64,000 bases of DNA. It comes from a virus. Where the stretch lies: positions 47,991-111,990 of the IMG/VR virus record IMGVR_UViG_3300044680_000048. The stretch is one strand, 5' to 3'. Below, piece by piece: positions 45,734 through 54,760 of the stretch (its first letter is position 1; the number at the start of each line of letters is the position of its first letter). The position numbers were made by a program, and so were the translations under genes. Below the pieces are notes generated by a model that worked only from the letters and a program-made list of their open reading frames with translations, did not search any database and was not told the DNA's origin.

Positions 45734-46299
45734 TGAAGAACTATTTTACTGTGTATCATCAATACTTACCACAAAGTAGGAATGATTTTATAAAAGTTTC
45801 CGCAAACCGTATAGTTGAGTATATAGAAAAGGAATGTTTGCCCTTTCGTAATGGTCCAATAGTAATATCTATTGAATCGGGCTATATACGTGCAGGAGGA
45901 AGACATTTTGGAGCCTTTAATGTTAAGGATTGCTTTGATCAGCTTGTGGAAATTTACACAACAGATAAACGGGAAGGAGTTAATGTCACTTTTGATGGAA
46001 CAACCCTTACCATATCCCTAGAAGAATCAGTAAAGTCCCCTTCAGAAAGATGGGATGTAGTTGCTAATTTTGGCTTTAAACCGGATGCAGCCAGAGTCAT
46101 GGATTTACCCCAGGATACTGTTGATGTCAGTTTAATAACAACATATACTTCTTCGGGGTCCCTCAGGATGAATGGCTCTGGTGAGGTGTTTACTAAAGAA
46201 GATGGGAGCAAATTCACGATAGTAAATCTTAAAGATTTTCCTCAAGAGCCCTTTGGTACTTGGATTTTAACTGTTTCAGCAAAAAGGAAAGGATTATGA
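45733..46299 (+). CDS. hypothetical protein (188 aa)
   Basis: TAATG junction with the endolysin gene. Confidence 0.5.
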   Translation: MKNYFTVYHQYLPQSRNDFIKVSANRIVEYIEKECLPFRNGPIVISIESGYIRAGGRHFGAFNVKDCFDQLVEIYTTDKREGVNVTFDGTTLTISLEESVKSPSERWDVVANFGFKPDAARVMDLPQDTVDVSLITTYTSSGSLRMNGSGEVFTKEDGSKFTIVNLKDFPQEPFGTWILTVSAKRKGL

Positions 46300-46577
46300 T
46301 ATTTAAAGCACTTATACCAACATTAGCATTACTGTTTTCCGCAAACTCTACTCCCGCAGTAGTAATGGATCAAGAGACAGATAACGAAAACATCCAAGAA
46401 GTTAACCTGGCTACTGCTTATAGCAGTAAGACTAAAGAGGAATTAGGGACTATCACGGTCACTAAAGGAGGATTGCGAGTAAAGATTTTGGATGCAGAGA
46501 TGACCCTCTCCAGAGATGACCTCCAACAAGTTATCAGTGTTTCCCGCATGATAGAGGATCAAGATGTCTCTCACTAA
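46296..46577 (+). CDS. secreted/periplasmic protein with signal peptide (93 aa)
   Basis: ATGA-overlap start. MIFKALIPTLALLFSANSTPAV is a signal-like N-terminus. Confidence 0.5.
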   Translation: MIFKALIPTLALLFSANSTPAVVMDQETDNENIQEVNLATAYSSKTKEELGTITVTKGGLRVKILDAEMTLSRDDLQQVISVSRMIEDQDVSH

Positions 46578-46935
46578 TACATTTTCAGAATTGGCAAGAC
46601 TTCTTAAGAAAGTAGAAGATTTAGGAGTTGAAGTAGATTTTACTCTGGAATCTTGGGGAATCTTTATTGAATGTGGGAAAAATGGTCCGGAAATCAGGTA
46701 TCAACCCAAGGATCAAAGCATTTGCTTCTTTGATTCATGTTTCCATGACAGGGAATGGACAGAAGACCAGTTCTTTGAGGCTTTGGAGGGAAACCAATCT
46801 ACAAAAGTAATTAAGGACTTACGGAAAGAGATAGAAGACCTAAAGACCAAACTCCTAATTGCTGAAATGCCGAAGATAGGTATACCATATTACCCTCCAT
46901 ACTACTCTGGTATTATTTTGACTACAACCCCATGA
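46564..46935 (+). CDS. hypothetical protein (123 aa)
   Basis: Oriented like its neighbours, with overlapping junctions. Confidence 0.5.
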   Translation: MSLTNTFSELARLLKKVEDLGVEVDFTLESWGIFIECGKNGPEIRYQPKDQSICFFDSCFHDREWTEDQFFEALEGNQSTKVIKDLRKEIEDLKTKLLIAEMPKIGIPYYPPYYSGIILTTTP

Positions 46936-47126
46936 TTAACCTCCAAGTTTCTTTTCATTTAAAAAAAGATGGTAGACTTACCTATATGGTAGATACAGTA
47001 AGTGATGAGATTATGAATTCTTGCCAGTCACTACTCACCCTTAAGTCTTTCTACTGTACTGAAAAGGGATATCGAAATAAGGATATAGAGAATTTCCAGA
47101 TACTGGAGCCTGAAGAAGATGAGTGA
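46932..47126 (+). CDS. hypothetical protein (64 aa)
   Basis: ATGA overlap with the upstream gene. Confidence 0.45.
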   Translation: MINLQVSFHLKKDGRLTYMVDTVSDEIMNSCQSLLTLKSFYCTEKGYRNKDIENFQILEPEEDE

Positions 47127-47292
47127 AGTTCTTGTCTTAAGGACAATATATATGGATAGGTCTAAAGATGAAATATTGAGGGAAATAGCCTATCATTATA
47201 AGATTAGTAAGGGAACATTAATTCGAATATTAGTTAACTATGGGATAGAAAATATAAAAGAAGCCTTGCCGGATGAAGAACAAGAGGATTAG
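47119..47292 (+). CDS. small HTH protein (57 aa)
   Basis: Hand-translated. EIAYHYKISKGTLIRIL is a helix-turn-helix-like segment. Below the track cutoff. Confidence 0.4.
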   Translation: MSEVLVLRTIYMDRSKDEILREIAYHYKISKGTLIRILVNYGIENIKEALPDEEQED

Positions 47293-47527
47293 AGGAGAAC
47301 ACGCCCATCTAAATGTTTCCTTTATAGCCGAATTATTTGGAATAAGTGTAAGTAGAACCCGCCGGTATCTAAAGAAGCATAAAGTTAATACAATAGAGGA
47401 CCTTGGGGAATTAGTATGGGAGATACGGACAATTGAAAAAATCAAATTTACTGGTAGGACTTTTCACTATCTTGGCACTGACTGGATGCGATCAGAACCA
47501 GTTAAACCTAAAAGTAGAGAAGTTTGA
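47273..47527 (+). CDS. small HTH protein (84 aa)
   Basis: VSFIAELFGISVSRTRRYLKKH is an HTH-like segment. The 3' end overlaps the lipoprotein ORF by 95 nt. Confidence 0.45.
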   Translation: MKNKRIRGEHAHLNVSFIAELFGISVSRTRRYLKKHKVNTIEDLGELVWEIRTIEKIKFTGRTFHYLGTDWMRSEPVKPKSREV

Positions 47528-47756
47528 CGATACTATAACAAGCCACACTTACACCAAACACTATGGCACCTGCCAAGGATGGAAAGCTATCTATTGTGTT
47601 TACGGGAAGACCCCTTCCGGAATCCCTGCTGGAGTAGCAGTAACTTTTGACCATAAGTTTTTCTTTAGTATTAAGGAATTAACAGATAAGAATCCGGAAC
47701 TTCTTACCCAAGCAGTAAGTAAGGCGGAAGAAGTTCAAGAGAAGTTAGTGAGATGA
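47433..47756 (+). CDS. lipoprotein (107 aa)
   Basis: MKKSNLLVGLFTILALTGC carries a signal peptide with the lipobox L-A-L-T-G-C. Confidence 0.7.
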   Translation: MKKSNLLVGLFTILALTGCDQNQLNLKVEKFDDTITSHTYTKHYGTCQGWKAIYCVYGKTPSGIPAGVAVTFDHKFFFSIKELTDKNPELLTQAVSKAEEVQEKLVR

Positions 47757-47926
47757 GAAGATATTGTGGGCTTTACCGGAACCCTTGGGCTAAATTTAAA
47801 GCCTATTTCCACCAATATTTAACTTGCAAAATACTAGGATGCCATGTAAAGTTTAATAATGGGGACCCTTTTTGCCTAAAGTGTCTAATCCATACCATAC
47901 AACCGAGGAGAAGTAATGGATCTTAA
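47753..47926 (+). CDS. hypothetical Cys-rich small protein (57 aa)
   Basis: Hand-translated as MRRYCGLYRNPW...CKILGCHVKFNNGDPFCLKCLIH. ATGA overlap with the upstream gene. Confidence 0.35.
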   Translation: MRRYCGLYRNPWAKFKAYFHQYLTCKILGCHVKFNNGDPFCLKCLIHTIQPRRSNGS

Positions 47927-48161
47927 AGATAAAGTATTTGATATTTGGTTTAGAGATTGGATCTACTACATAGTAGGAAATTCCCGCAAAAATGATGATA
48001 ATTCAGAAACCTTAAGGGAAAGGTTAAACTTCTATTTTAGAAGAATGGCTGAAGGGGCAAATGTCCCTAACGTAGCCTTAGGATTCGAGGATACTCATGA
48101 GTGGTGTGCATATAAAAATCCAGGTTGGAAACCATCTGCGGATGGAAAGAAGGAAAAATGA
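47916..48161 (+). CDS. hypothetical protein (81 aa)
   Basis: ORF-track ORF oriented like its neighbours. Confidence 0.45.
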   Translation: MDLKDKVFDIWFRDWIYYIVGNSRKNDDNSETLRERLNFYFRRMAEGANVPNVALGFEDTHEWCAYKNPGWKPSADGKKEK

Positions 48162-48373
48162 ACTCTTTACTAGCAGTTATTGACGGAATTCTGATGTTAA
48201 CATTCTCCTACTTAGCTTTTCAGGCATATAAACATCCAGACTTTGGGGGAATGGAAGAAATGCTTCCGGAAGAAATGCTTCCCCCAAGCTTAAATATACA
48301 GAAGATTGCCATGGGGGTTTATGGTGGATTTGCCATTATTTTTGCTATGAATATGGGGGCAGTATTGAATTGA
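48158..48373 (+). CDS. two-TM membrane protein (holin candidate)
   Basis: ATGA-overlap start. The predicted TM segments are LLAVIDGILMLTFSYLAFQAY and IAMGVYGGFAIIFAMNMGAVL. Confidence 0.45.
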   Translation: MNSLLAVIDGILMLTFSYLAFQAYKHPDFGGMEEMLPEEMLPPSLNIQKIAMGVYGGFAIIFAMNMGAVLN

Positions 48374-48594
48374 ACAAAAAACATCACTTTCTAGATGACA
48401 AGGTTTGGCTTCTTAAGTCTCTACAGAACTACTACCCTCAAGAGCTAGCGGACTTACATGGAATCAAGAGAGGCTCAATAGATTGGGCTATGCGGTTCTT
48501 TACTCCAGAACAGTTGATGACAACTAAGGTTGGCCGGAAAGGTAAGAAATTTCTCGCTAAAATAGAAGAGTATACTTCAGTTAAGGGAGATTAG
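48370..48594 (+). CDS. hypothetical protein (74 aa)
   Basis: TTG/ATGA-type overlap with the upstream gene. No motif recognised. Confidence 0.4.
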   Translation: MNKKHHFLDDKVWLLKSLQNYYPQELADLHGIKRGSIDWAMRFFTPEQLMTTKVGRKGKKFLAKIEEYTSVKGD

Positions 48595-48598
48595 ATAA

Positions 48599-48937
48599 AT
48601 GGATTTGGCGAAAGAATTAATGGAGAGCCCCGCAATTCAAGCTATTGCTATTAAAGTTATTGTGGACATGGGCAAAGGTCAACTGAAGAATCTTGATTCT
48701 AACCATGTAGCTGACCATTATGGTAAATATCTTCAGGCTACAGTAACCCTATTGACGGCAATTACTACTTTCCTCACTTTAACCTTACAAGGCCACGCAT
48801 CCCAATTTGATTTACAATCATTTGTACAGTATTTCGTAACACTTTTTACAAGCGTCTTTTTGGTAAACCACGTAGTAGATGCCTCTAAACAAAAGCTTGA
48901 TGCTGACAATAGCGTAATAACACCAAAAAAGAAATAG
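48599..48937 (+). CDS. two-TM membrane protein
   Basis: Hydrophobic segments ATVTLLTAITTFLTLTL and FVQYFVTLFTSVFLVNHVV. Confidence 0.5.
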   Translation: MDLAKELMESPAIQAIAIKVIVDMGKGQLKNLDSNHVADHYGKYLQATVTLLTAITTFLTLTLQGHASQFDLQSFVQYFVTLFTSVFLVNHVVDASKQKLDADNSVITPKKK

Positions 48938-48949
48938 GGATTTCTATCC

Positions 48950-49246
48950 ATGCCCACCAATGATGACTGGATAGAAGAAAGAGTAGAGAGCTTAGACTCT
49001 AAGTTAGATGACCTCTACACCCTGACTAATTCTAACCACATAGAAGTACTTAAAGGGTTAGACCTTATCCGGATGGAATCTAAACAATTCCAGATAGACC
49101 AAATGGAGAAGATCCACCTGATAGACAGTAAAGTTCAAAGTCATGAAAGAACTTTCGACAACTTCCAGAAGTTCCTTTATGGAGGGGGCATGTCAGTAAT
49201 TGCCCTAATAGCTTATTTCAAGGACTTCTTTTTCTCCCATAAATAA
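48950..49246 (+). CDS. C-terminally anchored membrane protein (98 aa)
   Basis: Coiled-coil-like N-terminus and the hydrophobic segment GGGMSVIALIAYF. Confidence 0.45.
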   Translation: MPTNDDWIEERVESLDSKLDDLYTLTNSNHIEVLKGLDLIRMESKQFQIDQMEKIHLIDSKVQSHERTFDNFQKFLYGGGMSVIALIAYFKDFFFSHK

Positions 49247-49248
49247 TT

Positions 49249-49386
49249 ATGAAAAAATTAGGATATTTAGTAGTAGGATTTGTCTTCACCTTTATATCAG
49301 TTACGTTAATTAGCACAATATTTGATACTAAAGATGAAACAGCTTCCCTATCTTCCCGTATTACCGCTCCTAAAGCGCTAATATGA
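49249..49386 (+). CDS. single-TM small protein (45 aa)
   Basis: Hand-translated as MKKLGYLVVGFVFTFISVTLISTIF.... Its stop overlaps the next ATG. Confidence 0.4.
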   Translation: MKKLGYLVVGFVFTFISVTLISTIFDTKDETASLSSRITAPKALI

Positions 49387-49871
49387 GTCTTTACAATTTG
49401 AACAATAAAGGACAAGCCATATTAGGGAAATCCCAGAAAGAGTTCCTATTTAAGGCTATAGTCTTCAGTCAATACTTGGCGGAACAGATAGAGAACAAGC
49501 TCTCCCTCTTCTACGGTGTAGAAGTAGGTATAAGCAGTACTACTATCTTGGCGGAAATACTTTATAAATCAGAGTTCGGGGAACACCCTTTAGCCCAAGA
49601 AACCTACCCCATTAAGAGTACTAAATGGGCGAATAACCTTACCCTTTTAGAATTAGATGAATCTTGGAATAGTAAATTCCTTAAATATGACGGGAAGTTT
49701 TTTAAGAGTTTTTGCTCATGGGAGTCTTACGCAACTCACCTCTCAGATATCTTAGTCTTCCGGAAAGAATTTAATAAATACCTAATGTCTACTACTCCTC
49801 CTACAGAGTATAATATTCTCATAGAGAACTATAATCTTAAGGAGTTTGAGATTGGTAAAACAGAAAGATGA
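49383..49871 (+). CDS. hypothetical protein (162 aa)
   Basis: Oriented like its neighbours. No motif recognised. Confidence 0.5.
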   Translation: MSLYNLNNKGQAILGKSQKEFLFKAIVFSQYLAEQIENKLSLFYGVEVGISSTTILAEILYKSEFGEHPLAQETYPIKSTKWANNLTLLELDESWNSKFLKYDGKFFKSFCSWESYATHLSDILVFRKEFNKYLMSTTPPTEYNILIENYNLKEFEIGKTER

Positions 49872-51024
49872 TGACGACAGATTTAAGCTAACAAAGGCTT
49901 CTCAGAAGGTAGAAGCTTATCTTAACAGAAAGTGTTACCCCGTACAACCATTTAGCTTTGCGTTAGCTTTAGGAAAAATAGACCCAGAAACCGGACTTCC
50001 CGGACTACCTCAAGGGTGTATTATTGAAGTAGCTGGAGCCAACGGTAAGGGCAAATCTTGTATGTTGGAACATTCCATCAAGGCTATCCAAGATGAAAAT
50101 CCAGAATACACCTGTCTAATATTGGCCTATGAACCCGTTAACTTCGTAAGAATGGAGGACGTAGGAATAGACCTAAACCGGCTATACATCTTAGATTACT
50201 CTAAGGTAGATGAGGGTATTGAATTAGATACAGCCGAACAGGGACTTAATATTACTATGTTTCAAGCCCAGAATGACCCTAATCTGAAGTTGGTTGGTAT
50301 TGACTCCATTGGTGGGATGCCCGTTCGCAAGGAAATTATGGATGAAAAAGGAGAATTCCTTAGTGTAGATAAGACTCCTCAAATGGCCATTCGAGCTACT
50401 ATATTAACTAGGTTCATTAATCAATGGAATACCTTAGACCCCAATACTAGACCTATACTTTTCCTCATTAATCACATGAAGGATCAGATTGAGGCTGGAG
50501 GGTTTGGTATGGATATGATGAAAGTCAACCGTATTGGAGAAAACCTTAATTATGTGACTCCTGGTGGACAGGCTCTTAAATATGCTTGTGATGTTAGAGT
50601 AAAGATAGACGGAAGGAAGATAGAAGTCAAGGAGGGGGGCAGACCAGTTAAGCATCCAATCTTTGATAATAACATACAGACAGGACTAGAAATACATCTA
50701 GAAATATATAAGAATAAATTCTGTGGAAATCAGGGTTCCCGAAGAGCTGTTGGAAAGTTTGATTTTGAGACCAAATCATTTGATATAGTTGATGAGACCC
50801 TCTCCTATGCTGCGTATTTAGATATTTGCGGAATTTCTAAAGGGGCAACGGGAATGTATGAGGGAATCATTCCTGATAAAAAGCTTAGGATTGCGCAAGC
50901 AAAGGAGTATTTCAAGGAAAATCCTGATAAACTAAGAGATATCCAAAAAGAGATTGCTAAACACTCCAACGAGCTATTTGGACTAAAGAAAAAAGAAAAA
51001 CCCGATACGGATAAAAGTCTATGA
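49846..51024 (+). CDS. RecA/UvsX/Sak4-like recombination ATPase
   Basis: Walker A GANGKGKS and Walker B LVGIDSIGG. The start is uncertain (TTG at 49846 or 49852, after AAGGAG). Confidence 0.7.
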   Translation: MRLVKQKDDDDRFKLTKASQKVEAYLNRKCYPVQPFSFALALGKIDPETGLPGLPQGCIIEVAGANGKGKSCMLEHSIKAIQDENPEYTCLILAYEPVNFVRMEDVGIDLNRLYILDYSKVDEGIELDTAEQGLNITMFQAQNDPNLKLVGIDSIGGMPVRKEIMDEKGEFLSVDKTPQMAIRATILTRFINQWNTLDPNTRPILFLINHMKDQIEAGGFGMDMMKVNRIGENLNYVTPGGQALKYACDVRVKIDGRKIEVKEGGRPVKHPIFDNNIQTGLEIHLEIYKNKFCGNQGSRRAVGKFDFETKSFDIVDETLSYAAYLDICGISKGATGMYEGIIPDKKLRIAQAKEYFKENPDKLRDIQKEIAKHSNELFGLKKKEKPDTDKSL

Positions 51025-51344
51025 AGAAATTATGGGAATTGGCTGAGGACCTTACCCAGAAAGTCTTCAAACTTAATCCTGTCTCTGGTAGTGGTAGAGG
51101 GCCTTTCGGTAAAGGTGATGCTAAAGATGATTACTATCAAGTAGATACTAAGTCTACAGAGAAAGGTAGTTTTTCTGTTAAGCGGGAAGACTTCCGGAAA
51201 TATCGATTACAAGCTGCAAGGGAACGGAAGACCTTCTTCCTACACTTAATATTCTGTGAAGATAATAAGATGACAGATGACCGGTATGTTATTATACATG
51301 AGAGGGACTTCCTCCCTCTATTTGAGGCATTACCAAATGAGTGA
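51021..51344 (+). CDS. PD-(D/E)XK nuclease, possible Holliday-junction resolvase
   Basis: 107 aa. GSGRG...GKGDAKDDYYQVDTKST fits a D...(D/E)xK core. It is adjacent to the recombinase gene. Confidence 0.45.
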   Translation: MKKLWELAEDLTQKVFKLNPVSGSGRGPFGKGDAKDDYYQVDTKSTEKGSFSVKREDFRKYRLQAARERKTFFLHLIFCEDNKMTDDRYVIIHERDFLPLFEALPNE

Positions 51345-51522
51345 AATTGAAAGAGCTGCCCGATGGTTAATCTATTGGGAAGATTACTCTAATCTCTACT
51401 TTGGATTCTGGTGTAGTTCTAATGGTAGAGTTCTTCCTCCCGTAATAAAAGATCGGATGGACAGATCAGAGGAGAAATTTGAACTGGCTAAAGAAAGGCT
51501 TAGAAAGTTGGTGAACTCTTGA
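51337..51522 (+). CDS. hypothetical protein (61 aa)
   Basis: Internal ATG (MSEIERAARW...) overlapping the upstream stop. Confidence 0.4.
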   Translation: MSEIERAARWLIYWEDYSNLYFGFWCSSNGRVLPPVIKDRMDRSEEKFELAKERLRKLVNS

Positions 51523-52349
51523 GTCTTTTAGACGAACTTTTAATTTACCGTGAAAACACCTACTGTTCTGCCCAGAAATCTGCTGCTATCCAGCAGGAGT
51601 ATCAGAGAAGGGAGAACTTTGAGTGGTCCGGCAGACTTAGTGTTGGGTCTTTTAAGACTTGGGATTGTTGCCCTAAGAAGCTTGTAGCTGAAGCTCAGAA
51701 GACTAAGACTTGGCCGGAATCCTTATTATTCAAATTTGATGTAGGACATGCTATTCATGAAGTCTACCAAAGACGGGCAATGAATACTCCTGGATTGAAG
51801 ATGATTAAACCCTACTTTATTCCGGAAGTTAATATGAAATCTCGGAATAGTATGGGACAGTATGTTGATACTACTTTACGGGAAGAATTAGAAAAATCTT
51901 GGCCGGAAATCCCTGTAACTTATAGAGACCCAGATACTGGGGAAGTAGTAATTATGGGCTATATTGATGAGATAGAAGTCCATAAGAACAAGCCGGTAGT
52001 CCTTGATATCAAGTCTATTAATGATGATCCATTAGAGTTTAAGTTAAGATTTGATGAAATCATCAAAGAAAAGGTTGAAAGCCACTTTATCCAGACGCAA
52101 TTCTATGGTATTATGGCTAATACAGACAGCTACTTCTCCCCATTAAAGATAGAGAAAACTAAGATCCTCTACATATCAACTAAATTACTAGGGGAACCGG
52201 AAAGTGAGAGAGAATTAGTAAGACCAATAAAAGATGAACATTACACGAAATTTGATCTTCTGGCAAAAGAATCTGTTAATCAGATTCGAGCGTTCAAGGC
52301 TGGTAAAGAGTGTAAATGTAACTACCGATATTGCGAAAATCACATGTAG
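51519..52349 (+). CDS. Cas4/RecB-family PD-(D/E)XK exonuclease with Cys cluster
   Basis: 276 aa. N-terminal Cys (WDCCPKK), core GYIDEIEV...VVLDIKS, QTQFYG (QxxxY) and C-terminal CKCNYRYCENH. Confidence 0.7.
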   Translation: MSLLDELLIYRENTYCSAQKSAAIQQEYQRRENFEWSGRLSVGSFKTWDCCPKKLVAEAQKTKTWPESLLFKFDVGHAIHEVYQRRAMNTPGLKMIKPYFIPEVNMKSRNSMGQYVDTTLREELEKSWPEIPVTYRDPDTGEVVIMGYIDEIEVHKNKPVVLDIKSINDDPLEFKLRFDEIIKEKVESHFIQTQFYGIMANTDSYFSPLKIEKTKILYISTKLLGEPESERELVRPIKDEHYTKFDLLAKESVNQIRAFKAGKECKCNYRYCENHM

Positions 52350-52359
52350 GAAGAATAAT

Positions 52360-52761
52360 ATGAAAGTAGTGGTCAATAAATGTTATGGTGGATTTGGACT
52401 CTCAGCTAGGGCTATAATGATGCTTTATGAGATGGGATTTGAAGGAATAGACGCCACACCGGTAGAAGAATATTTCCCTATTACGTGGCGTGATACGGCA
52501 ATTGAAGAGTTTAAGAAAGACCCAGATGCAATATTTGGTCAAATCTTTTCTCCTGATTTTAAATTTGTACTTACGGACGGATGCAGAATTCGTGAGCTTA
52601 GAGACCACCCTTCTTTAATTAAAGTAGTAGAAGAGTTGGGAAAGGCTGCTAATGGTAGACATGCCAAGCTAGAAATAGTAGAAATTCCAGATGGTAGTCC
52701 TTGGGAAATTCAAGAGTATGACGGAATGGAGTCTCTAACTGCCCCAGTACATTATTATTAA
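52360..52761 (+). CDS. hypothetical protein with CYGGFGLS N-terminal motif (133 aa)
   Basis: ATG at 52360 after AGGAAG. The longer track start at 52234 overlaps the nuclease gene. Confidence 0.5.
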   Translation: MKVVVNKCYGGFGLSARAIMMLYEMGFEGIDATPVEEYFPITWRDTAIEEFKKDPDAIFGQIFSPDFKFVLTDGCRIRELRDHPSLIKVVEELGKAANGRHAKLEIVEIPDGSPWEIQEYDGMESLTAPVHYY

Positions 52762-52763
52762 AT

Positions 52764-52961
52764 ATGGAACCGGAAGAAGCTCCTCAAATTAATAGTTTAC
52801 TCTTTGCGGAAATGAGACTTCTAAGATCTGATATAGATGCAGTAGACAACCATATCTATTACCTAAAGAGTATCAAGGCTTCTGATGTAGAAATTGCCCA
52901 AAGTGTAGATGAAAAACGTAGACGGGTAGAAAGACTAGATAAGATGATAGGATATAGATAA
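52764..52961 (+). CDS. hypothetical protein (65 aa)
   Basis: Oriented like its neighbours. Confidence 0.45.
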   Translation: MEPEEAPQINSLLFAEMRLLRSDIDAVDNHIYYLKSIKASDVEIAQSVDEKRRRVERLDKMIGYR

Positions 52962-53377
52962 TGAAAGAGAAAGAGACAGATTTATTGACCTATGCATGTA
53001 TTCTTGCCCGCCACTACGGTCTGGCTTTGGGGAGGAAAAATTCTAGAGACCCCCTTATCAAGGCTCTGGGGGAACTGTGTGGTATGGGTGTAGATCCTTA
53101 TCGGGAATATCTTGACATGGAACACTCAGAAATTTTTGCTTGGATGCAGGAACACAAGTGCTTAGAGTCTCAAGTAGTAGATGTTGTCCGGAAGACTATT
53201 CCTTCAACTAATTGGGATAATTCTATTAGGGAAATCTGTAAGGCAACTAGTGAGGTATTAGATACCAACAATACCAAAGAGTTAGAAACCCTTACTAGGA
53301 AATTAGAACTGATTAGAAATTCTGACTTTGAAGACCGGTTAAAACTTGAGGCTCTATTAGAGGAATCACCGGAATGA
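52961..53377 (+). CDS. hypothetical protein (138 aa)
   Basis: TAATG junction with the upstream gene. Confidence 0.5.
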   Translation: MKEKETDLLTYACILARHYGLALGRKNSRDPLIKALGELCGMGVDPYREYLDMEHSEIFAWMQEHKCLESQVVDVVRKTIPSTNWDNSIREICKATSEVLDTNNTKELETLTRKLELIRNSDFEDRLKLEALLEESPE

Positions 53378-53547
53378 CCTACTCAGAGGCACGGGAAGCC
53401 CTTATAGAACTCCAGAAAGTAATAAACAGTGATGAGCATAATAAACTAGGTCCCAATTCTAGACCTTACTTTTCCGGACTCACTGAAATACTATTAGAAT
53501 ACCTTCCTCAGATATTCTTACTTCTTCCGGCAGAGGTCAATCAATGA
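53374..53547 (+). CDS. hypothetical small protein (57 aa)
   Basis: Hand-translated as MTYSEAREALIELQKVINSDEHNKLG.... ATGA overlaps at both ends. Confidence 0.4.
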   Translation: MTYSEAREALIELQKVINSDEHNKLGPNSRPYFSGLTEILLEYLPQIFLLLPAEVNQ

Positions 53548-53867
53548 AAGTATACTTAGTTAGAGGGTGGGGCGGAGCCAAAGATGGTACTCGTACTTGG
53601 GATGTCAAAGCCTTTACCTCTAAAGAAAAGGCGGAAGAATTAGCCCACAATACTAATCTTTATATGGAAAAGATCTCTAAAAGAGCTGAAAAACTAAAAT
53701 TAAAAGGCCCAATAAACCGTTGGGGTGGAGATAAAGAATTTTGTAAGAGAATTGCTCAGGGAAATTTTAGAAAGCGTTGCCGGAATCCCTATGACCCTTT
53801 CCATCAAGAGAACATGGACCTTTACGATAATTCCTATAGTGTAGTAGAGCTTGAGGTAGAAGAATAG
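53544..53867 (+). CDS. hypothetical protein (107 aa)
   Basis: Oriented like its neighbours. Confidence 0.5.
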   Translation: MKVYLVRGWGGAKDGTRTWDVKAFTSKEKAEELAHNTNLYMEKISKRAEKLKLKGPINRWGGDKEFCKRIAQGNFRKRCRNPYDPFHQENMDLYDNSYSVVELEVEE

Positions 53868-54182
53868 ATGAGTTATTTCTTCGAGCATATAGGAACTATT
53901 CCTGGAAAAACAGGTGTTTACTATCCTGTTATAGAGATGAGACATATAGGAATAGGGTGTTATGGATTTCCGGCAATAGAATTATCCGTGTCCAATTGTC
54001 CTATAGATATAGAATGTGAAAGAACTGGAGATACTTTTGGAGGAGTTACCGGAAACTGTGAAGCTAATTGTGATGAAGAGCAGTCCTACTGTGATGCAGC
54101 TACTAGGTACTTGAGTTTAGAGAATTGTTATAAGTTGAGAGAAATGTTGAATAGGGCAATTGAATTGATGGAGAGAAAGTAA
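53868..54182 (+). CDS. hypothetical Cys-rich protein (104 aa)
   Basis: Its start abuts the upstream stop. Confidence 0.5.
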   Translation: MSYFFEHIGTIPGKTGVYYPVIEMRHIGIGCYGFPAIELSVSNCPIDIECERTGDTFGGVTGNCEANCDEEQSYCDAATRYLSLENCYKLREMLNRAIELMERK

Positions 54183-54183
54183 T

Positions 54184-54756
54184 TTGGCAAACATTGTTAG
54201 TATATGTGGTCAGAGACGCTCAGGTAAGACATATTTCTCTAATCTAGTTATAGACGTAGCTAGAGACTTTGGGATAAAGGTAGAAAAAGTAAGCTTTGCC
54301 GGACCTCTTAAAACCCTATTCTGTGACTATAAGCATATAGGTATAGAATATCTTGAATACAATAAAGAAGAATTCCGGGTAGAGCTAGAAGAGTTTAGCA
54401 ATACATGTAAGGCGGAAGACCCTTTCCTCTTTACTGATATGCTCCTTAAGTCTCTATTGCCCTTAGGAAACTATATAATAGATGACCTTCGTCTATTTGA
54501 CGTAGAGTTGATACCCCTTCTAGATCTAAAAGTTCCCCCTTATAGAGTCTATGCGGATATTAATACTAGGATTGCCCGAGGGCTTAAACCCAATCCGGCA
54601 ACGGATAATAGTAGATATGAGACAGACTTAGACTTGCCGCAAGATATCTTTAAAAAATGGGGTGGATACTGGGTCTTCAATAACAAAGAGGGAAAAGACC
54701 ACTTATTGGAAGAAGCTAAGTATATAATAAGGAAGCACTTCTTAAAGTTACAATAG
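54184..54756 (+). CDS. P-loop kinase, dNMP kinase-like
   Basis: 190 aa. ICGQRRSGKTY (compare T4 gp1 GVKRSGKD) and IIDDLRLFDVE (DxR...E). Confidence 0.55.
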   Translation: MANIVSICGQRRSGKTYFSNLVIDVARDFGIKVEKVSFAGPLKTLFCDYKHIGIEYLEYNKEEFRVELEEFSNTCKAEDPFLFTDMLLKSLLPLGNYIIDDLRLFDVELIPLLDLKVPPYRVYADINTRIARGLKPNPATDNSRYETDLDLPQDIFKKWGGYWVFNNKEGKDHLLEEAKYIIRKHFLKLQ

Positions 54757-54760
54757 ATTC

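Noticed and set aside
47273-47756. An Rz/Rz1-like embedded spanin pair, with the lipoprotein ORF starting inside the preceding ORF.
   Set aside because: The outer ORF has no N-terminal TM segment and looks like a small HTH protein. The overlap covers only its 3' end.
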